A stretch of 61,793 bases of DNA, counting the filler, from Collodictyon triciliatum (lineage: Eukaryota): the NCBI GenBank assembly GCA_043381765.1. It is 6 parts of 6 records of this genome, joined end to end, with 100 filler letters (N's around TTAATTAATTAA, not from the genome) between each part and the next. Parts side by side here need not be neighbours in the genome. Positions count along the whole stretch, not along the records: positions 1 to 23,295 come from JBHJMP010000638.1; 5 more parts are not named here. One strand, written 5' to 3'. Below the pieces are notes generated by a model. The model ran no database searches. It saw only the letters and a list, made by a program, of their open reading frames with translations, and was not told the origin of the DNA. The translations under genes were made by a program, and so were the position numbers. This document shows, in pieces, positions 1 through 11,800 of the stretch. Each line of letters starts with the position of its first letter. Positions within the stretch are counted from its first letter, which is position 1.

Positions 1-88
1 AAAAAAAAAAAAACAAAAAAAAACAAAAAAAACAAAAAAAACAAAAAAAACAAAAAAAACAAAAAAAACAAAAAAAAACAAAAAAAAC
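1..88. repeat. (AAAAAAAC)n simple repeat
   Basis: Directly visible tandem 8-mer at window start. Confidence 0.95.
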
Positions 89-1015
89 TTTAAATCCTAC
101 AAACACAGCGCTGTGAGTAAAGAGTATGGTAGTATCCTAGACTTTTTTTCTTTTTTTCTTAAAAATCAATCAGGGTGGACAAGACTTCTTTCGTTGTGTG
201 CCTATCTATTGCCAATCTTTTTCTTTGGGACCGAATTTAAAGGTAAATCAATCGTTTGCAAGCGACAGAAGCGACAGCCAGTGTCCCATCGCTTCACAAA
301 TTCACCTTGCCCCCAACAGCAAAGACCTGACCAAATTTACCTAAAGGTGTATGCGGATTCCCAGAGGTGCACGCTCCATAACATTCTATTTTACATACAT
401 GATATTAATACAATTAATCGTATCCAATTACAAAATTGAATTACAACATCAGCACAAAATACATATGATATTAATTTCCACATATAAATATAACGTAGTG
501 CCTATAAGGTACCGACTTGAATAGCGCTTTTGAAATTTCTTTATAAAGTAAGTTTTTTTTCTGATGCATTGCTCACGGTATAAATATTATTACATTCAAA
601 GAAAAATCACAAAAATATATGTTCAGAATGAAATTTCGGTTTGGTTGTACGGAACTTCATGTAATATTCCAATCACAAACACTATCTACATAAAGAGTTC
701 CAAAATTTCTCAAAACTGAAGGAAAAGTTGTGGTGGGTTGGGAAATCAAATTGTAAGAAGAGAAAGAAAGAAAAAAAAAAAACAGCGCTATAATAGCTGC
801 ATGATAGCAGCCAACCAGCGGGGATAGCGCCCGCGAAGCACAAGCCAAACTGACCTCAACAAGTGGCTTCTTTTGCGATTATGCGCAGTGATTTTCTACG
901 CTCCGCCCAAAATTTCACAAAAGGAATTTAAACCAAATGTGGAATTAACCTTTCTCTGTGCGTTTCTGTATGAGTATTTTTCAAAGGCGACACGAGATTA
1001 ATCTGCGAAAACCAC

Positions 1016-1027
1016 GTTTCTCTTTCC
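1016..1027 (+). promoter_or_regulatory. Possible TOP/TCT-like pyrimidine start motif (TTTCTCTTTCC) for eIF4A
   Basis: Pyrimidine run about 60 nt upstream of the ATG; typical of translation-machinery genes, but TSS is not known. Confidence 0.3.
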
Positions 1028-1083
1028 AAAAGAACCCGACCAAAGGAACACCACAACCCACACACCAACACCAACAGTGCACA

Positions 1084-3071
1084 ATGGCCAGGTAACACAC
1101 AGCAATACTGAAATCCTTTCCTTCATGCTACATAATATCTCTAAATATTCTCCACTGAAGGACAGAGACTTTCGCACCACCCTCCCTTTCTCCCTCTCTT
1201 TAGGCTCGCGGGGGCCATTCCCTTTTGCTCAAAGCTTCAAGACAAAACCACAAACGAAAGCTTAACTTTAGAAACCTCAAACTCTCACGACGCTCTTAAC
1301 AATAACAACAACAACCTCCTCTTTTTTTTTTTTGAACTGCCCAAAAGCACCGGACTCGATGCTTCAGTCACCCAGACGGAAATTGAATCCAACTGGGACC
1401 AAGTGATTGACTCCTTCGACGCTATGAAGCTCCGTGAGGAACTCTTGCGCGGCATCTATGCTTATGGTTTCGAAAAACCCTCGGCCATTCAGCAGCGCGC
1501 CATCGCCCCCATCCTCTTGCGCCGTGACTGTATCGCCCAGGCCCAGTCTGGAACGGGTAAAACTGCCACCTTCTCCATCTCGGCCCTCCAAATCATCGAC
1601 CCTGCCCTGAAGCAGACCCAAGCTCTCATCCTGGCCCCTACTCGCGAGCTTGCCCTTCAGATCCACAAAGTGAGTTGGTCATGTTTTTTTTTTTTTTTAC
1701 ACTTAACTGTGCCTTTAGTTTCATCGCTTTCCCTCCCTTTCTCCCTTCCTTTTCTTTTTTTTTTTTTTTTTTTACACTTAACTGTGCCTTTAGTTTCATC
1801 GCTTTCCCTCCCTTTCTCCCTTCCTCTTTTTTTATTTTATTTTATTAACCGAGGGAATAGATAGCCACGTATACAATAACGAACATAACAAAACAATAAA
1901 AGGAAGAAGAAAAAGGGGTCTGCGCTTACTCTTTCTATAAGCAATTTCTGACCAATATCCCGTTTGCCTTGACCATATGTGCAGGTTGCCGTTGCCCTTG
2001 GTGACTACCTAAACATCAGCTGCCACGCCTGCGTCGGTGGAACCAACATCCGCGAGGACATTTCTCGCCTGTCTGCCGGAGCTCAGGTTGTTGTTGGGAC
2101 ACCCGGCCGCGTGTTGGACATGATCAACCGCGGAGCCCTCAAGACCAGCAGCATCCTTGTCTTTGTCCTGGACGAGGCCGACGAGATGCTTTCGCGTGGC
2201 TTCAAGGATCAGATCTACCAAGTCTTCCGCACGCTGCCCACCACGGTCCAAGTTGTCCTGTCGTCTGCCACCATGCCCACGGAGGTCTTGGAGGTCACCC
2301 AGAAGTTCATGCGCGACCCCATCCGCATCCTGGTCAAGAAGGACGAACTGACCCTCGAGGGTATCAAGCAGTTCTCTGTGGCCATCGACCGCGAAGAGTG
2401 GAAGCTGGACACCCTGTGCGACCTGTACGAGACGCTCACCATCTCGCAGGCAGTTATTTTCTGCAACACCCGCAAGAAGGTCGACTGGCTCACCGACAAG
2501 ATGCGCAGCCGCGACTTCACCGTCTCTGCCATGGTATGTGTGTGTAGTATTTTGGTGCAATCATGCATTTTATTTCATGTCATTTATTGTTTTTTTTCTT
2601 TGTTAACATTTATGGATTGTTTAAGACGGCGACGTAGGGACACTGTCTAATTGTAGCTGCTTTACTCTCTTTTTTTTTTTTTTAGCACGGAGATATGGAC
2701 CAGAAGGAACGCGACATTATCATGCGCGAGTTCCGCTCCGGCTCCAGCCGTGTGCTGATCACCACAGACCTTCTGTCCCGCGGAATTGACGTCCAGCAAG
2801 TGTCCCTTGTCATCAACTACGACCTGCCGACCAACAAAGAGAGCTACATCCACAGAATCGGACGTAGCGGGCGTTTCGGTCGCAAGGGAGTTGCCATCAA
2901 CTTTGTGACCAAGGAGGACCTCCCAGCCCTCAAGGAGCTGGAGCAGTTCTACAACACGCAGATCGACGAGATGCCCATGAACGTGAGTCGGAGCCTTTGG
3001 ATAGCACTTGCCCCACACAGACACACAGACTAACGAGCAACCCCATATCCCAGGTCGCCGACCTCATCTAA
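1084..3071 (+). CDS. eIF4A: Eukaryotic translation initiation factor 4A, DEAD-box helicase; 5 exons: 1084-1091, 1348-1669, 1985-2533, 2686-2982, 3054-3071
   Basis: Motifs [50 protein letters not shown]-terminus EMPMNVADLI*; all four GT-AG introns keep frame. Confidence 0.97.
1690..1826. repeat. ~60-70 bp direct duplication in eIF4A intron 2
   Basis: ttttacacttaactgtgcctttagtttcatcgctttccctccctttctcccttcct occurs twice, each after a T run. Confidence 0.9.
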
Positions 3072-3249
3072 GCAGAGCAGACTCAGACGCGGGGGCTTCA
3101 CCAGAGACACCATGAATAAAGACGCCCCAGCTCTCTAGTTCCGCTGTCACAACTGCCTGGGGATTGAAGAGCGCGAAGATAAGGGAGAGGGTTGAGTGGG
3201 TGTGCGTTTAATGATTGTGTCCGGAGTGTTGGTTGCGGGGAGGTGGTGT

Positions 3250-4981
3250 CTACAACTCGTCGTGGTGAGGATGATCGTGGTCGTGGTCGTGATCATGTTC
3301 GTCAGCAGCAGCAGCAGCCTTCTCCTCGGTGGCGATGTCGTTGCGCCTCTGGGCGTCCTCCAGCTCCTCCTTGCGGCGGGCGTCGTCCTCGTCCTTGCGG
3401 CGCTTGGCCTCGAGCTCCTCGGCCTCCTTGCGCTCGGCGTCCTGGATGGCCTTGAGGGGGCCGTCGACAAAGGCCCGGGCGAGGGCGGCGTCGTCGGTGA
3501 GGAGGATGTTGTCGAAGACGGAGCCGGACTTGACCTGCCAGATGTCGATGCCCACGGCGGCGATGTCCTCGTAGACGGCGAGCGAGGCGTCGTCCTCGAA
3601 GTCGGGGTTGGGGATCAGCGGGTGGACCCAGGGGCCCTTGTAGGCCGGGTTGGGGATCATGCGGGGCTGCAGGGGCACGCGGGTCAGATTGCATGGGGAG
3701 GGAAGGGAGAGAGGGAGAGAGAAAGACCCACCGCCCAGGGGCCCTTGTACTCGGGGTTTGCGAGGAGGGGCGCCTCCCACTCGCCGTCGTTGTCGTCGTC
3801 CCAGTCGGCAGGCTTTGCGGCGTCGGGGTCGGGGATCTCGGCGGGGTGGTCGTCCCAGTCGGCGGGCTTTGTGTCGTCGGGGTCGGCGATGGTGGCGTCG
3901 TCAACCCAGTCCTGCGCCGGATGTGGATGCGGATGCAAATGTGGATTAGGAGGCGGAGTAGGATCAGGATGATTATTCATCAGATGCGGGGACGCACGGC
4001 GGGCTTGGAGGCGGCCGGGTCCGGGATCTCGCGGGGCTTGAGGAAGGCCCAGTCGTCGGCCAGGGCGCCGGACTCGACGGTCTTGCCATCGAGGGCGACG
4101 GCGTATGTGTTGTCCGGGAAGAGGTGCAGGGTGTAGGCGTGGGTCAGCTCGTCGGTCTCGGGCTTGGGCTCCTTCTTCCACAGCAGGTTCTGGCCTTTGT
4201 AGTGGAAGATCAGGTGGATGCGGCGCGTGCCGTAGCCGCAGATGTCCGGCCCGAACATCACGTGGTAGTGCGCGTCGCCGTTGAAGCCGGCCAGCGCGAC
4301 CGTGGACGGGAGGAGCTTCAGGTAGCTGCAGCAGGCGAGACGGGCGTCAGTGTTGCGCATGCGCATCAGCCGGGCACACGCGCGCGAATGTGCAGCCACT
4401 CACCCGCCGCCGCAGTCCAGCTTCTGCGGGTGCCGCACCGTGAACTGCAGCACAAGCTCCTTGCCCTTGTTCGAGAACTTGCCGAAGCCTGCAGAGAGCC
4501 CGTAGAAGCGGTAGTCCTGCGAGGTCCGGAGGCCTTGCCGGGGGTGCGCGGAGGTGGGTTAGTTGGTGGGTTAGTTGGTGGGTTGGTTGGTTAGTTAGTT
4601 AGTTGGTTGGTTGGTTGGTCAGTGGGCGGCTGTGTGTCTTTTCGACGGGGCGTCCTACCGTGGTCTGCTGTCAGCTCGAAGCTGCCGTAGTCCGAGCGCG
4701 AGTTGGATTGGATCCAGCGCGAGGACCAGTCTGCTCGGGGTGGGGTGGGTCAGAGGCGCTTGTCTGTGGCTGGTGAGTACACGCGCAGGGGAGGAAGGAG
4801 AGGAAGGAGGGAGAGGAAGGAGAGGAAGGAGAGGAAGGAGAGGAAGGAGAGGAAGGAGAGGAAGGAGAGGAAGGAGAAGGAGAAGAAAAGGAGTGGAACC
4901 TGCGTCGTCAAATGACTCCTGGAAGAACACTTCGGCGCTGGCAAAGGCGGCGAGAAGCACGAGGGCGAGGGCGAGTCTCAT
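3250..4981 (-). CDS. CALR: Calreticulin, 6 exons, signal peptide and C-terminal HDEL
   Basis: Spliced translation: [56 protein letters not shown]-domain repeats IPDPxxxKPxDWD and GxWxxPxIxNPxY, [10 protein letters not shown], acidic tail ending HHDEL*. Confidence 0.97.
4793..4880. repeat. (GGAGAGGAA)n in calreticulin intron 1
   Basis: Visible tandem 9-mer. Confidence 0.95.
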
Positions 4982-5076
4982 TCTGCAGGGTTTGTGAGTT
5001 TGCTGGTGTTGCAAATGACCGAGATCTCCGTGTGATGGAGTGGGAAACAAACACACACATATGCACACCAGAGGTC

Positions 5077-5182
5077 AAAGAAAAGGAAAGAAAAGGAAAG
5101 GAAAGGAAAGGAAAGGAAAGGAAAGGAAAGAAAAGGAAAGGAAAGAAAAGGAAAGGAAAGAAAAGGAAAGAAAAGGAAGGAA
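5077..5182. repeat. (GAAAG/GAAAA)n purine repeat upstream of calreticulin
   Basis: Visible tandem 5-mer. Confidence 0.95.
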
Positions 5183-5602
5183 AAGAGAAGGAGGGGGAGG
5201 GGCAGGATTCTGCGCGCAGTCTATAGATCGTGGCCGTAGGGCTGTGCCAGAATAGAAAGAAAGAAAAAAAAAAGAGGTTCTTGTTTTAGGCGGATCTGTA
5301 GAATTGCAGAAGCGATCGCTGCGCCCCCTCCCTTTCATTGGCTTGTGATTTCCTCAGTTACATTAACGAGTTGTGGGAGATCCTTGCCTCTCTTCTCGAT
5401 TTCATCTGTGGTTGTGTTCGATCCATGATGTGTGTCTGGTTGTGTTTCATAGGAAGTGTTTTTTACTGCCTAATGAAAATACTTGTTGGAAAATATAGCC
5501 TTTCTCTAAAGCGAGGAGACCTCCCATCTTCGGTCATGGAGTGAGTTAATTGCGCCGGATGCCTGATTAAAGATAAATTATGTCGATTTGACTTTTTCTG
5601 GC

Positions 5603-5622
5603 AGAACGTTCTGGAATCTTCG
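5603..5622. promoter_or_regulatory. Heat-shock element, four alternating nGAAn pentamers
   Basis: aGAAc-gTTCt-gGAAt-cTTCg, exact HSE geometry, about 620 bp upstream of the calreticulin ATG. Confidence 0.6.
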
Positions 5623-5712
5623 TGTGCTTCCTATTTCGATTTGGAACCGTCCAGAAGAGACGCCCTCCTGACTTGGAAACAAGGAAACCGTTTATTCATC
5701 CCTTCTTGGGTA

Positions 5713-5831
5713 TCATTTCTTTGGACGCGGCGACGGCAGCGGGCTCTGGTTTGCAGCCACTTGCGCAAGCAGGCGCTTCATGATTTTACCGGCCGCGTTC
5801 TTTGGCAAGGATGGTACAATCTATTGAAAAA

Positions 5832-5882
<51 letters not shown>

Positions 5883-8800
5883 AAACAAATAAACAAATGA
5901 AAAACAGATATAATTATCGTCAAGACATAATGTCTCAATTTCCTTCATATTTGCCTCTGTCTCCAATTCACCAGTTTTTTTTTGTATTGCTTAATACCGA
6001 TGACATCTCTTACATGCATCAAACAATAAAGAGGACACGCATTCCGAAACAAATAAACACAATACATTCAACAATAAACATGATTGACATACATTTATCT
6101 TTTAAAAAATAACCTGAACGGCCTTGGGGACCTTACTTGCAGGGAGGCTTTGCTTACAGAAGGATATAATCTCATCTGGAGTGAGTTTTGGATTACCCAA
6201 CACTACGTAAGCCTTGATAATATGTCCTTCCTTCACATCGTAATATCCTGTCACAGCCGCATCAGATATTCCCCGGTTTGTAAACAGAAACTCTTCAATA
6301 TCACGCGGATAAACATTGAATCCGTTGACTTTTACAACATCACATTTCCGGTCGATAACATGAATTCGACCATCCTCGTTCAAAGTGGCCATATCCCCTG
6401 TGTATAACCATCCACCACGAATGACCTGATGTACACATGAATGTTAAAAACTTCAAAGTCATAAAATTCATCCTATAATTCAATATCACTCTTTTCTAAG
6501 AAAAAAATCCAGTTTATAAGAAACAAAATTAGTAAATCCATATTGACAAGTATCAAATCATGATATTATATTTTTAAGATATTTTTCTTATTGTTTGCTT
6601 TGTTTTTTTCTCTCCTCTTTTTCTTCTTTTATATCTACATCACCCAGTTCTGGGGTATATACCTGTGCAGTCTCATTCGGTTTCTTGTAATATCCCTTCA
6701 TGATGCCAGGCCCAAACACAACGATTTCACCAACATCCCCAGGTTCAACATCCTGGCCTTCATCATCAATAACTCGGACTTGATGATTGAAAGCAGCCTT
6801 ACCGAACAACACATTCATAATTAGCTGATTTCAAAATTATATATTTTATTATTAAAATTAAGATAATAAAAGAGAAAAAAAAAGCAAGAATATATAAACG
6901 ATGGCAGAGGGAATAGTCAAGATAGCTATTAATATCGATTACAGAGCCACACGACCGTAATACACGCCGAGCATCTTTGGATTCAGAGTTGTGCTCATAA
7001 TTTCGAAGGAGGGATATCAGACCACACGACTCCACTTGCCCGAATATCTGCGTAAACCCTGCCGTTGGAAATAGCTTTTTTGCCTTCCGAACAACTTCCA
7101 CAGGCAAGCCAGATGATGTATAGATTATGCTCTTGATGGATGGAAACTGGTGATTCTCTAAAGATGGAACCTAGTAGCGTAAACCAGAAATAGAGAAAAT
7201 ATTACAAGGTTTCTTATATATAAGTCACGTCTCTCCGATACATTTCTCCATATCCTTTTTTTTTTTTTTTTTGTCAAGTACCCAAGGTTAATTCATACAG
7301 CCTTTTTTTTTTCTTCTTTCTATAAATGAACAATTTGTTTAAACAGTTATGTCCTGGCACAAATATATCAAATTAAATTCCTAAAATATGAAGAGAAAAA
7401 CTATGGTTACCTTTGTCAAATACTGAATCATCGGTGGCATAAAAAACAAATGCTTCACCGTCCCTTCATTTAATGCACTGATAACTTTTTGAGACGCAAA
7501 TTCCCTCAGGATAACCAAACTTCCACCCTGAATCAATGTCATAAGAGCAAACATCAAATTACTTGCGCTAAACAGGTTACACACAACTAGCGAAATGTCC
7601 TGGGGCGACACGGGGACATCCTGTACTAAAGATTGTAACGCTCCAATTATGCTCCCATGCGACAACATGCACCCTTTTGGAACACCTGTTGTCCCACTAG
7701 TTACAGACGACAAATGAGTCCTCTCAACAATCGTTTAATCATTGATAAAATAAAGATATTTCTTTATACTTTAGGAAGAAAGGCAACACAAATAAAAATA
7801 AAATAGTCAGAACTAAAACCAACCTTGTATAGAGCTGCCAGGCTATATCATGGTCAGTAACAGATGACGGATACGATTCAGTACCGGATACTTTCACAAT
7901 TTCATCATACGACAGCATCCTTGGAGGCGGAGCACCTTCCATGACAATAATGTGTTTCACAAAACTGATGTCTTCCCTAAGTGGTGATAAATAAGTTCAA
8001 ATACCTTGGGTGATAAAAAAAAAGGAAAGAAAAAAGGAAAGAAAAAAGGAAAGAAAAAAGGAAAGAAAAAAGGAAAGAAAAAAGGAAAGAAAAAAGGAAA
8101 GAAAAAGAAAGAGTGAAAAAGAAAGAGTACATCATGTTGCATGAGCGAGGAATAGCAGTGTAAGGAGAGGAAGTACCACCACAAAATTCTATTTTTTTTT
8201 GGATGTAACTTAGTCTAACGTGATTTCCCATACCTTATTTTAACAATGCTTTGAACATACTCTTCCCCAGCAAAAATTGCTGCTGCGTCGCAATTTTGGA
8301 CAATAAGTTTGATATCATCTTCAGGATATAAATTATTTATCGGCACTAGAACTAGACCAGCCTTTGCGGCAGCTATGATGATTTCAATATAATAATCTGA
8401 ATTCTTTGATATGACAACAATCCTTTGCGCTTTCTTCAGTCCAATCCTAAACGAAATGAGATAATATATCTATCAGTTCTCTAAAGAGCACTCTTTTTTT
8501 TTTTTTTTTTTCATACGTAATGGCAGAATCATTTTGGATAAAAAAAAAAAAAAAAAAGGAAAGCAGAAAATAGAGAGAAATGGTACATAAAATCGAGTCC
8601 GTACCTAATGAAAGCGTTGACCAGTTTATTTGACCTCTCTGACAACGATGCGAAGTTTAGTCTGCGGTTTTCGTATCTCACGGCTTCATATTTTGGGCAA
8701 TGGAACGCAGTCAAATCATAGAGTGCATGTATTGTACTTTCTATTGACGGCTCCATTTGCGACTCTTCAATAGGAGGGGCTGGCGATTTGGGAGGTATTT

Positions 8801-11800
8801 CTGAAACTGGCTGTACATGAGGCTGTTGTATTGGGTGCGGATGTAGCTCTGATTCTTCTGCTTCTCTTTTCACAACAATATCTTTTTTAACAGATGCGGC
8901 AGATTCTTGTTCAATATCCAATGGAATTGCAGACGGGGCTTTGCGTGATTTAAGTGTGCTTTCCTGGAGAGGAATTCTATCACCCAAGTACTCATTCTGT
9001 GGAGCTGCACTTGCAGGTGCTTGAGCAGGGAGGGCTATTGGAGGTGGGAAAAGAGGTTTTGTTGAGTCTGTGGAGCCTCCAATGGCCTTTGAAGGCGCTT
9101 TAGGTAGCACATGGGTTTGTCGTGAGACTTCAGCTTTGATTTCTAATGGTTTCTCGAAATCGTCATTATCGCTGTATTCATCACTGTCAGTGGCCAGAGA
9201 ATATGGGGATACAGCCTTGGGGATAGTTTTCTTGGACTGTGACTCGGTAAGTCTCAATGTTTTCCCTAACTTTCCGTCAGTCGAGTGGAAATCAGCTGTA
9301 TTATCTTTTAGTATATTCAGTTCGGGAGTTGGCTCTGTCTTTACGACAGATTTTGTGGCTGTCTTTGATGTGGCGATGGTGCTGACGGTTACATTCGTTT
9401 GATTAAGATTCGCCTTTTCAATCTTGATTTGATTGGCCACATCGCTTGGAATATTTGCCCGCTACGAATTATTCTTTTGATTACCGCTTTCATTATCAAC
9501 ACATGAAGACAATTCATGAGCAAAAAAGAAAAAAAGAAAAAAAGAAAAAAAGAAAAAAAGAAAAAAAGAAAAAAAGAAAAAAAGAAAAAAAGAAAAAAGA
9601 AAAAAAAGAAAAAAAGAAAAAAAGAAAAAAAGAAAAAAAGAAAAAAAGAAAAAAAGAAAAAAAAGAAAAAAAAAAGAAAAAATAAAGAAAAAAGGACAGA
9701 TCATAAATATACATCTATACCGACACATAATACCAAAATATCATATCATAACCTTCTCTGTAATTCCTTTGAATCGAATAAAGGAAAAAAAAAACCTTCT
9801 CTGTAATTTCTCGTCGGGTCCCAACAAAGTAAAAATAGCCCTGCGAGTCATAATACCCCACATCGCCTGTGTGGAACCAACCATGTGGGTCCAATATTTG
9901 ACTACTTGGATAGCCTTTATAGCCAGAGAAAACCTGAGGTCCTTTGATGCAAATCTCTACGATATTAATGCAACGATTTTTAAAATCAATATAGACCACA
10001 TATACTTTGATAAAATACAGTGATGTTCTCCAAGAATAACAAGAAACATGAATGTGTATCAAAAGACTGACCTCCGTGTTGGTCAGCTTTTTGAAGCTGT
10101 CCATCTTGGTTAATAATTTTACACTCTGTGTTTGGTAAAAGCCGACCAATGGACGTCACGGGGATTGTATTAAAATCGCCCAAATCAGCAAGAATGATGC
10201 CAGATTCAGATGTGCCATATAGTTGCCGAATGTAGCACCGAAAGAATCGACTGGCTTCAGCAGCCATGTTAACGGACAAGGCGGCACCTCCGCAGTAGAT
10301 CTACATTTATCCAATAACTGGTCATCAATCAATATTTTTTTTTTTGTAAAAAAAAAGGAGCAAAATTTCCGCACATGATTGATGGATGTCAGTCTTCTCT
10401 TCTTTGAATCTGGATTCGATAATATTCCTCGAAGGATAGGAGGAATGGTAAATATCCTGGTTATACTCTTTTCTTCGACAGCGGAGAGAAGTGATGCTAT
10501 GGTGATTTCTGGATGCAGCAGTACTGTGGCTCCTAAATGATAAATCAAAAAGTGTTGTGAAACGCTAATTTTTTTGTCTAAAAGGTTAATTATTCAATCA
10601 ATCAATCACCTTTCATAAGCGGAACATGAACCTGGTAAATAAGGCCTATTATGTGATGGAAGGGAATAGATGCAAAAATCACATCATCTTTGTGGATGTC
10701 CTCATTGTCAAATCCCTATGCCGTTGATAGATGTATCACTTAATTTACCACCATTTTATGGACATAATCAGTCTGTGCTCACTTTTTTTCGTTCATAAAG
10801 ATAAGCAAAACCTGAGCTATTTGCGCGATAATGCTAAAATGTGTAAAGTCGATGCATTTTGGGCTTTCAAATTTTCCACTCTTGAAAGGTGAAAACACAA
10901 TATCTTTTCGGTACATCATCTTAGTTTCTGGGAAAAGCTTCCCAGGTTGGCAGAGTCTTGAGAAAGGTATTACATTCTGATTCTGTTGTGATACAATAAA
11001 TATTTTTTTTCATTAGAGCATAATCAAAATATACTGAACACTTTTTCCCTATTTCATACCTCAAAAGAATCATCAGACCCGATGACAAATATTTTTGAGA
11101 CAGATTGCACAATATCACACGCAGCTATGGCTGAGCGAAGCAATTCAATTGTTGTAACCAAAATACAACAGCGTGTCTGAGCGAGTTGGTATGCAATCTG
11201 CCCCGAATTCCAAGTGGGATTGATTGGCGAGAAAGCAGCACCCAGATAAGCCGCAGCATGCAAAATAACCACCGATTCTGGGATATTTGGTGCAAGTAGA
11301 CAAACAGTTTGTCGATAGCAAAGGCCATGCTCATGCAAACCTGCTGCAACTCGTCGGATTCCAACAGAAAGCTGCCTGAAAGTAAGCTGGTATCCAGATG
11401 ATAAATCCACAAGAGCAACCTGAGTGTAAAAAGTCAGTGTAAATCGACAGGTATATACGAATCCATTCTAAAAATAATAAACCGATAAAAAGTTGACAAT
11501 TTACAAATGAATGAATATTCCAAAATCAAAATCAAAAAAATGCAAAATGATTAAAGAAAAAAGTGAGAACAAAAAATAATGGAAAGAACATATCACAAGA
11601 GAAGAAAAAGGACCTCATCCTTGTATTTTTCTATGGCCTCAATGAAAAAGTCCGGAAGAGATGTTTCTGGTATGATAATATCTGGCCTTGATGATGTGAC
11701 AACATCACCCCTCGGCATCAGTTTGGTAGGAGACTCTATACTTTTCGTCTGTGGCGTCATCTTAATGCTCCTGTTGCTCGCCATTGTGGGTTGGGATAAG

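Noticed and set aside
113-760. Short ORFs upstream of eIF4A
   Set aside because: No motif support; could be a terminal exon of an upstream gene but this cannot be shown.
2009-4594. Long antisense and alternate-frame ORFs over eIF4A and calreticulin
   Set aside because: Shadow ORFs caused by high third-position GC.
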